Translations under genes and position numbers: made by a program
Assembly: GCA_050273025.1 (NCBI GenBank)
Contig: CP158635.1
Location: 30,628,001-30,692,000 of the forward strand
DNA length: 64,000 nt
Direction: 5' to 3'
Source of the DNA: Cenococcum geophilum
Taxonomy: Eukaryota
Notes under the pieces: model-generated
Told to the model about the DNA's origin: nothing
Seen by the model: the letters and a program-made list of their open reading frames with translations, nothing else
The model's database searches: none
Shown: positions 25,818 through 40,200 of the stretch, piece by piece
Position numbering within the stretch: the first letter of the stretch is position 1
Layout of the letters: each line of letters starts with the position of its first letter

Positions 25818-28800
25818 ATGGCGGCGCCACACCTAAACTCTAGTTAGTACTTAACTATTGCGACTAATAAGAACTTATTGCAAATAAGTGGTCTAAAGCT
25901 GTAGTAAGGACTTACGATTAATAAAAATATATATAAAGAAATCCTTTAATACCATGCTAGCGAAATCAACAAAGCGTCTAGTAGTAGGTTATTAGTGTCC
26001 GGGCCTATATAAAATAGAGTTAAGCGTATAGTCTTTAACCTTCTTAACACTAAGTATGGGTACGTGTTTAAGAGATCCGATCTACTATTAGAGTTTAAAG
26101 CTTTCGCTGTTACCGCTAAAAAATCTATATAGTAATACGTAATAACTAACAGATATAGAGGCGTAGAGGTTACGATGGCTGATATTGTTTTAAAGTATAG
26201 CGGCTTATCTTCCAGAGAGTAGTCTGTTAACTTATCTAGATTAAGGGCAGCCTCTAAGGCTGCCTAGGTACTTAGTGGTCTGTCTATTAAAGTCCTATAA
26301 CAGCTAAATACTACACCTACACTATTCTATAAAATAAGCTTTGCTATATACAGTTACCTAAATAAAACGCCATTAAATAGGGCCCCCATTCTATACGGAT
26401 TTGCATTAAAAACTAAGCATAAGTATCTATTGTCCGATTCTCTAGAGAAAGTTAATGTATATTACTATGGATATAATAAGCTGTAGGCCGTAATAAGTGT
26501 AAACTTCTCGGCAGATAAATATAGGGATGGCTAGGCTATAGTAGATCTAACTACCGGTATACTAATTCTTAACTATATAAACCTAGTATTTACGGTACTT
26601 TATATAAAGAAGGCTAGACTTAATATAATTATAATTAGAGTTAAAAATCCTAATCGGATTATAAAGTATAAGAGACTTTATAACTTATATAAGATTGTAT
26701 AATATTATATAGAATTGTCTAACGTATATTTATAGGCATAAGATTTAATAAGAGTACTTCCGAGTCTGACTCTAACCCTAATATTACACGACCGGTGCTG
26801 ACTAGAAGAAGAATAGGTATACTTACTCTAGGTCGAAGTAGTTATAAGTAGTTAATTCTAGAGTCTACGCTACCTATACCTAAGCAGTTAAATCTAAAGC
26901 CTACGTTAACCTTAAAGTCTACGCTACCTATACCTACTAGTGCATTATTAGCTGTATGGCCAGCTATAATTAAAACTGCTTATAGCTGGACCCGTAGTGG
27001 TAAAGACTAGCCCCTACTAGATAAATTGGAGCTCTTAAAAGGCGTAGATCTGGATAAAGTATAAATATTTAAAATAATGTTATAGGATAAGATAAAAGGA
27101 TAGTGTGATAAATAGCTAAAGTCTAATCGCGAAATGTTTATTAATATATTGTTTAAGGATATAAATAATAACTCTAACCTAATTTATATTGGGGAAATTA
27201 ATCTTAACCGCATATAGGAGCGCCGCCACTTTAACGCCTTAATTAACCCTATTTCAACTAATAAGGAACTAGAAGATAAGTATAAGGATAAAATTAAGGA
27301 GGTTAATTAGGAAGTTAATTACCTAAAGGACGTGCGAGAAGTATATATCAACCTAATATTATAGGTAAAGGCGCTACGGTTCCTCTTGTTTCCGTTAACT
27401 ATTTATAACACTCTTTAAGACGTAACCTTCCACTTATATAGTATAAAAAAGGGTAAAGCTATATAGATATATTAGCTGCTTAGTATTACCTATACTCTTC
27501 GCAATTATATAGCCCTAGGTAGAACCTTTCTCGCGGATATAATAGGTTTAGGCAAGACACTTTAAATACTCTTAATCTGGTATACTAGCGTATTAATAAC
27601 TAAGATTAACCTTAACTAGCTTAATTAGAAAAATTAAAAAGGTAGAGATAAAAGTCTCTACCTTACCCCTAGTATAGATAAACACCTACAGCCGCCTAAC
27701 GCCCGATACCTAAGTTAAATAGATAGCATACTATAGTGCTATTATGTTAAGGGAAGTATTACCAGAAATTTTCTTTACTAGCTAGTAGGACTAACTATAT
27801 ACATTACTAGATAGAATCTACTGCCCTAAGCGGTTAAAGACGTTAAATTATGGTTTAAAACCTTAGAACTAAATAATTATATTCCTAGAGGTAAACTACA
27901 AGTTTGCGTACGCCATTCGGCTTTTATTAGGTCTAGTATAAAGAAATACAATTTTACAGATAAAGATAAAGATATTCTTAAACCTATAAAATATAAAAGA
28001 GAAGGCGAGAAGGTCTGGTGGAAAATGGACCTAAGATCGGCTTTATATCTTATAATTATAATATTATAAACTTAGGCAATAACCTAGACCGCTTAGGAAC
28101 AGTATAAGACTATTTTTAATCTCTATAGAGACGGTGGTCCTTATTATATTATTAATGGGATTTTTACTAACAAGTTTTATATAGATAGGTTAGAGATAGG
28201 TTATCTAATAAAAATAGCCAAATAAGTATATAATGATTAAGCAGTATTTCCTCGCTTTTAACGCCTGGGCCTGTCTTATAAGGACGATAATAGTAAAATA
28301 GCCTACTACACCTCTTAACCTTTAGTAGTGTTTACTTTTGGTACGCTAACTAGTAAAGGTTTTATAAGTCTAATTCCCGCCTTAAAAATTTTTAGGGCCC
28401 CTAATTAGGCAGATTCCATAAATATAAAATTAATTAATAATCGTAATATTAAAGCATTAATTAAATATAAAAAGCTAGGAGTAGCTAATTACTCTTCTCT
28501 TCTAAATAAGGTTATTATGGGCTTTAAAGAATGCTTCTCTTTAATTGTAAAGATCTTAATTATACGCAGGATGGGGGAAGACCGATAGTTTAATGGGAGG
28601 GTAATTAATAAGCTACTACTGGTTGTTTATTAAGACTGCTATATAATGAACGATTTAATATTTAAACCGTATATTAATAAGCTCTAATATAGAGTATCCC
28701 TAAATGCTTTTAAACAGCTAAATAAAGCTTTTAAATACTAGAAAGCTAAAGGAAGAAAAGAGAAAGAACCCGTCTTTAATATAAATTAATTTCTGGAGGG

Positions 28801-29617
28801 AGCCGGTTGCTTATTAAAAATTTTTGCTATCTTTCTAGGCCTGGCTAAGGTAGGAGATAAGTGGTAGGATATATGGTAGAAGGATAAGGCAAAAGTTAGA
28901 ATAAAGCCAAGGTGGATAGTTAATAAGTTTCGCAGCAAAAAATGGGATAAACCTTTAGACGAGAATCCGCTTTAGAGGAATTGGAGTATAATTACTAACT
29001 TTAGAAAACTAAAGCTAATTATAAAATACGTTAATAAAGTACTTAAAAGAAATCCTAATAAGAGACTACTGTTTAGTAGTTACGAACTAGCAGTATATAC
29101 GCTATTACGTCTTATAAGTTAGCTATTAGACTGGTAGTAAACTGTTACTAATAATATAATATAGTATTTCTATAAAAGGCTTAGCTAGTTTAAATATTTA
29201 ACTGTTTGCTAGATAGAGTTTAGGACATCCCTAAAAGACTAAGAGGATATCTATAAAGCGTTTTATATTCTAATAGGCGGTCCTTACTAGAATAACGTAG
29301 TCTAGTTTCTTATTATTAACCAAAGGGTTAGAGGAGAGGGTTTAAATTTAGTCTCTACATATAAAGTCTATTTACTTAAACTAGCGATAACGGTAGATGT
29401 AAAGGTGTAAGTGTTTAGCTAGGCTGCTAGATCTAGACAGTTAGCGCCGGTAGTTACTATATTAATAATGTATAGTACAGATAGGTGGAACCCAATTAAT
29501 ATAGTTATGTTAGTAAGGCGTATAATAACTAAAAGGATAACAATTAATAAGTTTTATAAGGTGTTTAAAACCCAACCTACTTAGTAGGCTGATAATAATG
29601 TAATAGAAATAGCGTAG
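25818..29617 (+). pseudogene. SNF2-family (SWI2/SNF2) ATPase/helicase, RIPped
   Basis: De-RIPped: GGTFLADIMGLGKTLQ (27518-27565), ADEFH (~28166), SGTP (~28338), LIIRR (~28556), GGEGLNL (~29330), QVFGRAARSGQ (~29408-29440). Long unknown N-terminus; introns likely. Confidence 0.85.
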
Positions 29618-29749
29618 CTAGTGCAGTTAGAGCAGCGATCCCCTGTAATAAGAGTGTGTCTTAGCATAATATATATATATATAGACAATATATAACTATT
29701 TAATATTTTGTAATATATTATCTTAGTATTAACCACTATATAGAAGTAT

Positions 29750-30514
29750 AGGCCACCTTATACACGGTACTAATATTACCCTACTAAAATACTTATAACT
29801 TAAGAACTACTATAGTTATTTATATAAAATTTTAAATATGGCTTATTAAATAGTAATTTAAGCTTTTTATAAAATAAATTTAAAAAAATTTAAAGCTATT
29901 TTATATATAGTTTTAAAATACTTATAGCTTAATAACTATAATAGCTATTTATATAAAAATTTTAATATGGCTTACTAATTAATATATTAAACTTTTAATA
30001 TAATTAAAATAAAATACTATAAAATATTTTATAAAGAGTTTAACTTATTAATTAGTAAGCTATATTGGTTTTTATATAAATAGCTATTATAATTATTAAG
30101 CTATATATTAGCGACTTAGTTAATTAAGGCATAAGCATAGAAAGAGGGACGCGTAAGCCTATATAATTGGTAGTTTATAAATAAGGATCCAAAGCTAGAG
30201 AAAGAAAAGGAGAGGGTGGCGCCACTTAACGTTATATACAATCCTCTAGTTACGTAACAGCAATTATCTAAAACTATCTAAAACTGTCTATAATTGTCCG
30301 CTATAATCTACTAATATCTAGTAGTTTCCACCAGCGCCGTAACACTATAAGTATTTTAAAACTATATTTTAAAATAAAGAATTTTTATTTTATAAAAAGC
30401 TTAAATTACTATTTAATAAGCCATATTTAAAATTTTATATAAATAACTATAGTAGTTCTTAAGTATAAGTATTTTAGTGGGTAATATAAGGTAGGACTAT
30501 ACACGAGGTAGCCC
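29750..30514. mobile_element. AT-rich foldback (long inverted repeat) element, interrupted by a solo LTR
   Basis: 29773-~30000 is the reverse complement of ~30030-30105 joined to 30350-30487. Outer ends ggccaccttatacacggt / actatacacgaggtagcc differ by transitions only. No clear TSD. Confidence 0.75.
30106..30344 (+). mobile_element. Solo LTR, 239 bp, 5' part related to family S
   Basis: ta(=tg)ttagcgact...gccgtaaca; TSD CTATA (30101-30105 / 30345-30349). Confidence 0.85.
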
Positions 30515-30623
30515 ATTTTAGAAAGTTTAAATTTAGTCTAGATTAATATTACTCCGGTTATTAACTACTTCAACACCTATTAAGTAATCCAGCCTACTAA
30601 CTCTTATTCCTATATATATAAAC

Positions 30624-33600
30624 TGTTAGGAATAAGGCAATTTGCCCTTATGTACGGCATATTGCCGTCACATAAGGCAACTTGCCATCACGTGCCGTCG
30701 CGGCACTAGCGTATTGAGGAACCTTAAATTCCTTACCCTCCCCTATCTAGAACAATAACCTTTTCCATCACTATATCTACTTAAGTAGTATTAGTAATTT
30801 GCCCTATATTTCTAACACTAATTAGTGGTTGAATATATAGTCAACTATAAAGCAGCTAGGTTATTAACAGAAGAGACAGTCTTATATAGGGGTGCTATAT
30901 ACGCTCATATAGAATAGATCCTAGCGACACTATACTACCTTAAACTTGCGGAAAACTAGTAATAGAAGTATTACTAAGTACTAGGAGATACTAAGTTGCG
31001 TCTATTACGCAGAACAATTACGTTTACAAAGATTTGGTCAAGTACTTTAGGTCAGAAGTATTACTAAACCTAAGGTCCTAAGTCGACGTCTAAAACGCGT
31101 CAAATAACATCTTAAATTACCTACCTTTGGACAGCAAACCTACAAGATCCTATAAAACCGAAAACCCTGCCTACCTTCGACGTATAACACCTCGTCGATT
31201 CTACCTACTATAGCGTTAACCTATCCGAAGAAATACGAGAAAGATATTAACCTGGAGATATAGGACAGAGCTATAACCAACTTTATAACCGCTAAGCAAT
31301 AGGACCTAAATAGATTCTTAGTACACTATATAAAACACTATAAAGATAACAAATATAATAATACCGCGCTATAGTATTATATAAAGGAGGACTTTATTAG
31401 ATAGATAAAGGAAACATAAGTTCCTATAAATAAAGATATTGTATAGGACTTCCGTAACTTCCTTTGGGAGTATAAAGTATTTGTCCCTATAGATAGGGGT
31501 AATATTAGGGACAATATTTAGGAATACGTTATTAATGCAAAGGAAAAGCATAAATAGACTCTATAAGAGATTAAGCACCAACTACGCACTATAAAGAAGC
31601 TCAAATTATAATAGAACCTAAGTAATACACCACTAGAGACGCGTTCTAACTCTATTACTCCAGGTATAAGTTCTAACATTCTATATCCATCACCTCTATA
31701 TCTGTCTTTAACTCCCCTATATTAACTAGCTTAACCTATAGCCTTAATTAACAACCCCTAATAAGCGCAAGATCCCCTTACTTCGCGGTCTAATAACCTT
31801 TAAACTCCGCCGACTAGATCTATGTCACTATTATAGCCTATAATATAATACAGCTAAACACCAATTAGAGGCACCTTAAAAATGCTTACAGAGCTTATAA
31901 AGCTCTATTTAGAACAGGAGAAGAAGTTTAGCAGAGAACTATATAATATCCTTAATTTAAAGTTACGCATCTTCTACGACTATTACTAAAAGGTTAGACT
32001 AGAACCTAATTAATACCATATTACTTATTTAGTTATGCTTAAGGGCCAAGCTAGTACCTTCTATTATAATCGTTTAGTAGGAAAAGGATATAATTTTAAC
32101 CAAATAATATATAAAATAAGATGCTACTTTAAAATAAAAGAGAATAAGCAGCAGTATATATTGGAGTGGAGAGAGACTACCTTCCTAAGAATTATTACTA
32201 CAAACCCAGGTGCCTCTCAACTTAATTATCTTTAAAAGCTCTTTAATTAACTCTAGATAATTTAGCATGGTTTATCTAAATTATATTAAGAGGACTTCAG
32301 CCTACGTAATTAAGTTATTAGCGCATACTAAGGTATTAAAGAATATAACCTTACTCTTTTTAATCCTATAAGTACTTATAAAGGAGTATATACTTAATTA
32401 AGATCCTCTATTAACACCGCCCTATACTCTTAAAAAGTATAGCAATTTAACGCCTAACTCTAACCTACTTTAATCAACCCGGCTAACTAATATAATTATA
32501 ACTAGACTAATTAAACATATAGTAGTCGTGGCAGGGGATATAGTAGAGGGTACAATTAACGTCAACTATAAAGCAATTATAAAGGTTCTTATAGAGGTTC
32601 ATTTTATAACAATTAGTAGAAGAAATACTACATTTATAAGAAGCCAAATTACTAGTTAACTAGACACCCCCTTAATAGACAAAAGAAGGCATATAATAAG
32701 TTTCGCCAGAGCGCACAAAACGTTAGAAACTCAGAAGTTACTATAGCCTACTTCTAAAGCTTTCTAGTTTAATATAAAGGCGAAAAAGATCTTAAGGGTA
32801 AGATTAACGAGGCTAAACAGCTCCTTATAGATATAGAAATTAAGGACTACTCTCCTAACTAATACTTTACCAAGTATAGTAAGGTAAATAGCATACAAAC
32901 CGTTACTATCCTTAATAACTAATCTACGCTCCATTCTATTATAAGGTTAGATATCTTTAATAAGCTAAAGAAAAGTTCTACGTTCTCCTTTAATAACAGA
33001 TACTTAGCAAACGTCTTTTACAGTATTATGCTAGATACTAAAGCCGCAGGAGTATCCATAGTAGGAGAACCTTAAGTCCGAGCTCTTTAGCAGCTTAATA
33101 GTTCTATTTAGATTAACTAATTAACGGCAGGCTAATATATAATTCGCTTTAGTAAGGGTACTATAATCTCTTTTAGCACAATTAAGGTCTAAACCCCGTT
33201 AGGATATATTACTTTCTATATTATTCCCGCGAATACCCCATTCCTATTCTGCATCCAAGATATAAATAAATTAGGTATTAAGCTTAACAACCTTAAGAAT
33301 ATACTTATTTAGGGAGATAATTAGGTACCCGTTATACGCAAGTAGGGTTACCCTTAGTTACTTCTTTAACAGCCAGAAAGAAGCGTTACTTAGAGTTACT
33401 TAACTAAGTTAGAGCTACATTAACTACATCGTCGTTTTAGCCACCTATCCGTTTACCAACTGCTTAGGGTTCTTTAACGAGCAGGTCATAAAGTTAAGGT
33501 TAAGGCGATTAAACATCTTATAAAGTACTACTATTACTACTAAATAAACTAGAAGTCCCCTAGCCGATTTAAGTTTACCCTTAAAAACAACTACGACTTT

Positions 33601-36600
33601 AACTTCTATATTATTATAGATATTATATATCTTAGCGGCAAGCTAGTACTCTAAGTTATTAACTTCTTAACCTCCTTCTAAGCCGCACGCTTTTTAAAAG
33701 ATATATTAGCTAGGAATGCATAGGATACTCTTTAATTATGCTAGATTAATGTCTACCTAGGACCCCCTAATTAAATTGTTTATAATATAGAAAAGAACTT
33801 CTTATCTATAGAGTTTCAACAATAGGCAAAGGCAATAATAATTAAGGTTAAGGAAGTCCCCATTAAGGCATATAATAGTATTAAAAAGGTAGAATAATAC
33901 TATATGCCATTACACCGCGCATATAAGATCATTTCTTTAGAACTAGAGGGTGCTAGTGAAGAGCTTATCCTACAAATAGCTATTAAGGCTGTTAATAATA
34001 CCGCTAGCCTAGATAGGCTCGTACCTACGTTACTAGTCTTTGGCGCCTACCCTTAAATAACTAATAATTCTCTACTATCTCCCTCTATTATGTAACGAGT
34101 TAAGGCAATTCACAAGGCAATAAAGAAGGTGCGACGTCTCTACGCTACGCGCTAGGTTAACAACGCACTAGGAATAAGAAATAGCCTAAATACCTTAACT
34201 ACGCTTAATCTGCCACTCTAATCTAAAGTACGCGTATGGCGTAAAAAGGGAGAATAGTTAGGCCTATATAAACTTATTATAATTAATAGTTAGACTTATA
34301 CTCTTTAGATGCCCTATAGACTTACTTAATTCCGTTTAACTATTATTAAGCCTTATTATAAAGATAATAGTTCCAAGCCTTTATAGGATACCCTAAAAAA
34401 TACCCTAGGAGATGCCCTAGAGGAGAACTACAATTAACGTGCTCTAAAAGGCGACTATAACCCTAATATAACTATAGTAGATACGCCGCAACTATAACAT
34501 AGTAGAGGTTGCCTAAAAGGATTATAAAACCGCCAACACCTTATTAATTTTAAAGAGTAACTTATTACCGCTATTAAGAATAGAGTTGAGCTGTTAATGG
34601 CCTTTATAACAGCTAAAGAGAAGGCTAACTTTAAGCTCGCAAAACAGCTCTAAAAAAAGGCTGTATTATAACTCTAGGAGCTCCTTTTTAAGCATTTAAT
34701 AAGTAGGAGATTAACGGTCTTATTATAAGAGAAGTCTTTAAGTTTAAGAAGTATAACCCTACCAAGTTTAATAGAGTTCGTATATTTAGGTTAAGAATAG
34801 TTAATAAAATTAAAGGCAAAGCTACTAATACCCTATTTAAGAAGTTAAGGCTAGTTATTTAAGGTTATAACGACGATAGTAAGAAAGTAATTCTTATATA
34901 ATCCCTTATAATTTAACGAGCTAGTTAGTAAGTTATTGTTGCACTAGCTCCCTCTTTAATAAAAAATAGAATAGCGGTTTATTTATAAGATATTACCTAG
35001 GCCTATACCCAATTAGAGATACGCCTTTAGCACTTAATACTAGTATACCTTCTAAAGTAAATTCGCCACTAATATCCCAAAGATACGATTATAGTTATGC
35101 TTAAGCCACTATATAAAATTGCAGAGGTAGGAACTTATTAGTAGGCTACTTACAGTAAGTACCATAAAGAGAAGCTTTTAATAACTACTTCTATATTTAA
35201 TCCCTGCTTCCTTATTATAGCTACGGAAACTTTATTTAGAATTATTGGCATATAAACGGATAATATAATTATCTTAGGTAACGACTAATTTTTAGCTCTT
35301 AAAGAAGATAAGCTAGTAAAGGTAAATCTTATAGCAAAGCCAAAGGAAAGACTTAATTTAATAATACTATTACTCTTTAATAGATATATTATTTCCCTAA
35401 ATAAGGATTCTATTGCCCTACGCTAGAAAGGTTAAGGTAAGAAGATTAACGTTATTAATATTAATTCTTTAAAGCAAGGATATATAGAGCAACGCGCTTA
35501 TAGAGCTTATATGGCTTTTATCTATTAACCTAAAGCTTTCTTTAATCTCTCTATTACCGCTTAATACTAAGAACTAACTAAGGAGGACATCCTTGTCCTA
35601 AATAAGCGTCTTTTTTAGTAAAGGAGCCATTTTAATTAAGGACTGCTCTACGTGCCTATTAACCTTCCTACTGCTAAGCTTTTCGTATTTATTAATAGAT
35701 TATTTATAAATAATAAAGATTTTAGCTCCTAGCTAGGATATAAGATTATTATCGCGAACAAATCTACTAGAGAGAGTGACTTTACGATCTACGGTAATCT
35801 TATCTATTAGAGCTTAACTAAGAGTAAATATATCACTTAAAGCGTTTTAGCGTTAGAGATATATAGAATGGTTGGCGGAGTTAATATAGTAATTGCAATT
35901 AGAATACCTTAAAGATAATTATAGATTAACTTAAACTCCCCGTTATCCCTATAATTGTATATACTGACTTATATTCCCTCTATAAGTGTTTAGTTAAGCT
36001 TAGTACTATAAAGAAGAAGCGCCTTATAATTAATATTATAGCACTACGGCAATCTTATAAGCGTTAAGAACTTTTTAAAATTTAATAGATTAATGGCCAA
36101 GATAACCCGGTAGATGTGATAACAAAGGTAAACCTAAATAAGGCACTAAAGACGTTTGTTAATATAAATACTCTATATATATAAGTTAAAGGTTAGGTTA
36201 AGAGGAAGTAGAAAATACGGCAAGGGCCGCTAAGGCGCTAGTAGTAAGCGAGCTAATAGCAATTTTCTATCCCGGGGATAGAAAATTATAATTGGTTAGT
36301 AGAAGTCCGGGTTAGCAAAATAAGGCGTATTACCTACTAAATTCTACTATAGTCTGCCTACGGTTATATTATTATATACTATCTATTTATATATAAATAG
36401 CAACTATAAAAAGAAGAGTTGCTAGTGTCGGGAATAAGGCAATTTGCCCTTACGTATAGCATATTGCCGTCACATAAGGCAACTTGCCGTTACATGCCGT
36501 CGCGGCACTAGCGTGGTGAGGAACCTTAAATTCCTTACCCTCCCCTATCTAGAACAACAACCTTTTCCATCACTATATCTACTCGAGTAGTATTAGTGAT

Positions 36601-36619
36601 TTGCCCTGTGTTTCCAACA
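30624..36619 (+). mobile_element. Full-length Ty1/copia LTR retrotransposon (RIPped)
   Basis: 194-bp LTRs 30624-30817 and 36426-36619; TSD TAAAC; order PR (DTGA ~33035), GAG-pre-IN LHRRFGHP (~33425), IN, RT (KSRLVIQG, DITQAY, QTDD), RNase H (NPADAMTK ~36103). Confidence 0.95.
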
Positions 36620-36624
36620 TAAAC

Positions 36625-37222
36625 AATTCCTATTAAGGTATATCCTCTCTACTAATAGATTATATATATTTACTATCTTTATTATTCCAAAAGCCTAATT
36701 AATACGTAAGAGGATCCTTCTATTAGTAGTGGTTTTTAAGATCTTACTATCCCGTATAAAAACTTTTTACTACTAATAACTACTAGCTCCTACCCGCATG
36801 CTATATAATATCTATATAAAATCCCTAATAGCGAAGAAAAGCGTACCCTAATTATTTTATTTAATCTACCTCCTACCTTTTTTTATAGGTATAAGATATC
36901 GAATTAACCTATAATATAATGCTGACTGGAATAATTAGCAAACTTGGCTCTGTTAGACAAATATACTTAATAATAAGGACTAAAACCCTATTACTATTAA
37001 GCCTATTATGCTGTAAAACAAAAGGGCTATTATTAATATTAGTACGTTTTAAACGCACTTTATTAGCCGGCACTAATAGATATAGGTTAATAGGCTACCT
37101 ACTACTTCGTATTTAACGGTTTTAAAAACAATAGGGTAAAATATGCTGTTATTTATTATGCTCTTACTAACTACAACAATTAATTCATTATAGGCCAGAA
37201 ACTTAGCCTTAGATAAGCAAAA
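36625..37222 (-). pseudogene. Fragment of an unidentified RIPped host-element gene split by the two copia insertions
   Basis: One minus-strand frame reads through with only RIP-type stops and appears to continue across the copia TSD into 30535-30620. No family recognised. Confidence 0.3.
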
Positions 37223-37227
37223 GGTAG

Positions 37228-40200
37228 TGTATAATTACAGCACCTAGTGTACGAACGCGTACTTACGCGTTCGGTACACCAACTACCTACGTACTAACTA
37301 ATTAGGGGGGAGGCGCGTCAGTATATAGACCACGTAGTCTACCTTAATAGAATCGACAGTCACTATCCAAATAAGCATACGATACTACATATATTTCGTG
37401 CCCGTGGATACAACTCACTCGTGCTATTAAGTTAGTGCAAACACTAATCAGTAAGCGCGCACAGATCAGCAATCACTCGATACCTCCCCTAAGCAATACT
37501 TAACAGCGACCACCTGTTTAGACTCCTAGTACGACTTGCTAGAAGGTCGGAAGTCAGGGATTACGGACTATCACTAACTCTATATACTTATTTAAGTCTT
37601 AGTACGGTTTACTAGAAGTTATAAACGCGAATATAGACCTTTACGGAACCCCCTACCCTCCTGCAAACCACTATAGACCCATTAATCGATTTTACGGACC
37701 GTTATAAGACCTCCTCCACCCGCTATAAGCTACTACCACCCACTATAGCTTATATAAACATACTACGCTATACAATATAGCAGATATAACTAAGTAAATT
37801 AGTAAAGATCAAAAGAAGTAGAATTAGGGAGTCGACCTTACATCTACAGACGGCGTTAACAACTATATCAATTTCAAAATCCTTAAATACGGACACTATA
37901 AGCTCCTAAACAACAACCTATAGAAGCAATATAAGGAAGACTTTGCGGACTTTACGGAAGCTATTCTTAAGACTTATAACCCTACTACTATCCGTAACCT
38001 ACGAACCCTTTTACATCACCAAGGTATATAGGTTAAAAAAGATAAACGAGTTACTGTTGCACGGTCCTTATATATCATAATATAGAAGGAGGACCAAATA
38101 AAATAGACTAAAGAGAAAATCCTAGACCAGGTTAAAGCCATAAATAATCTCTCTACTTCTCCTAAACTTAATAGCATCGCTAGCCTTATACCTAACCTAC
38201 TTAACTAAATTCGTTCTATAAACCTAAGCGATTTTGGAATTAATCTTACGGGCTAAAGCACACCTAGTACCCAAGTTACGGACCGTAATACCCCCATAAA
38301 CCAAAATATAGACTAAAACCCTTCCGTTAATAAAGCTACAGATCCGCAACCTACCTAAGTCATAAATCCGTAAGCTATATATCCGTAAACTATATATCCG
38401 TAAGCCATATATCCGCAAGCCACAGATCCGCAAGTTACAGATCTGTAACGTACCTAAGTGAAGACCTACGGCAAGGAACTAGCTAACCTAGCTAAGCTCT
38501 ATACCGACGAATCTAAGTACAGCGGTAAAAATAATAATTTTAACTTCAAACTAACCATCTTTACGGACCTTTGCTAAAAGGCTAACATTCTTAAACAAGA
38601 GTTCAGCCAAGCCTACTCTACTATGCTGCGTGGCCTAGCCCTTAACCACTACTACACTAACCTTAAGAGTAACCCCCTTAGTGTCTCCTTTAATAAGCTA
38701 TACAAAGCTAGACGTAACTGCTTTAAAGGGCCGGAATATAGGCGTAATATCCTTACCTAATAGAATGCAATTAAGTTACGGACCGTAATTAATAAGAATA
38801 CCAAAAAGTTAACCATAGAGTGCCTGCAAATTCTTATTAAAGACCTCCGGCACCTACAGTACGGCCTTAACATTAAGCTTCGAACGGACGACTTCCTATA
38901 TAATAAGCTTATTACAGCTTACTAAGAAGTAGAACCCTACAAATACGCCTATTATAAGCCTGCAGACACCGTAGCTAGCCTTATTAACAATTTACGGTCC
39001 TCTATTGCAACGTACAAAGTCTTAAACCCGCTAGGCAGTACTTAAGCCTTTATTACGGACCTATAAGACCCGTAAACTGACTTAGATGTCTACTTTACGG
39101 ACCGCCGCTACCACTAGCAGTACCTGTACCAACTAAGTCCTACTCACAACCCCCGTAACAACTCCCGTACAAAAGTATACCCCCATAGACAAACTAGTCA
39201 GAAGTGCTTTATATACGGTAAGGAAGGATATTAGTCCATAAGGCATACCTAGGAAGAATATAATAAGTTTAAGAAGAGATTTAACAATCAGATTAACTAG
39301 TTTATCTTAAACTATAAAGGAAAGGAAGCGGAGAAGTCTCTTAACGAGTTAATAGAAGCCCTTATAATTGACTTTAACTTAGATATATAGGAATAGGAGA
39401 CCTTAGAGACGTTTCTAACTACTTTCGGACCATTTATGGACGGCTAAGCCTTTAATATTACGACCGTATTAGCCGACCGCTCCTTTATACACTTAATTGC
39501 ACCCAAAAACCAGCCCGTAAGTATACCTATTAGACCTGTTATAGACGTTATAGACCGCGAACAGGACCCATTTGCATATATCACTACAGAACGCTATACC
39601 CCTAAAGAATTCTATAGCGTTATAATTGATATAGGTACCTCTAAGAAGTCTACTATAGGTTACGGACAATACCTTATATATAAGACTACCGTAAATAATA
39701 ATACGGACATTAATACTATATAAACTGGGGCCGTAAACGTCTAATTCGGCATTGGCTTAACCGCATTAATTAGATTAGTTAAAGTCAAGACTCTAATTAG
39801 CCCAGTTAACTTCCATATAGTAAAAGCGGATACCCCTTTCCTACTCTGCCTTACGGATATAGATAGGTTATAGGTTTACTATAACAACGTTACGGACACC
39901 TTAATTAGCCCCGCAACTGCCCTAGGAAGCAAGTATATTACCCTACTAATTATACAACGATTTGGACACCCGTTCCTTATATGGGGAAAGACTTTACGGA
40001 CCTATATTTAGGAATCTTTTAACTATAACCCGTGCTACCTTACCAGTACTAAGATCTACCGCCTGTACCGCCGCTTCGGCCACCCGTCAGCCGAAAAGCT
40101 ATATAGAATCTTTAAACGCTTTAGACACGACGACGTTAATAGGAAGGCAATTAACCACCTAACTAAATACTGCTCTTTTTGCTAGAAATACGGACGTTCC

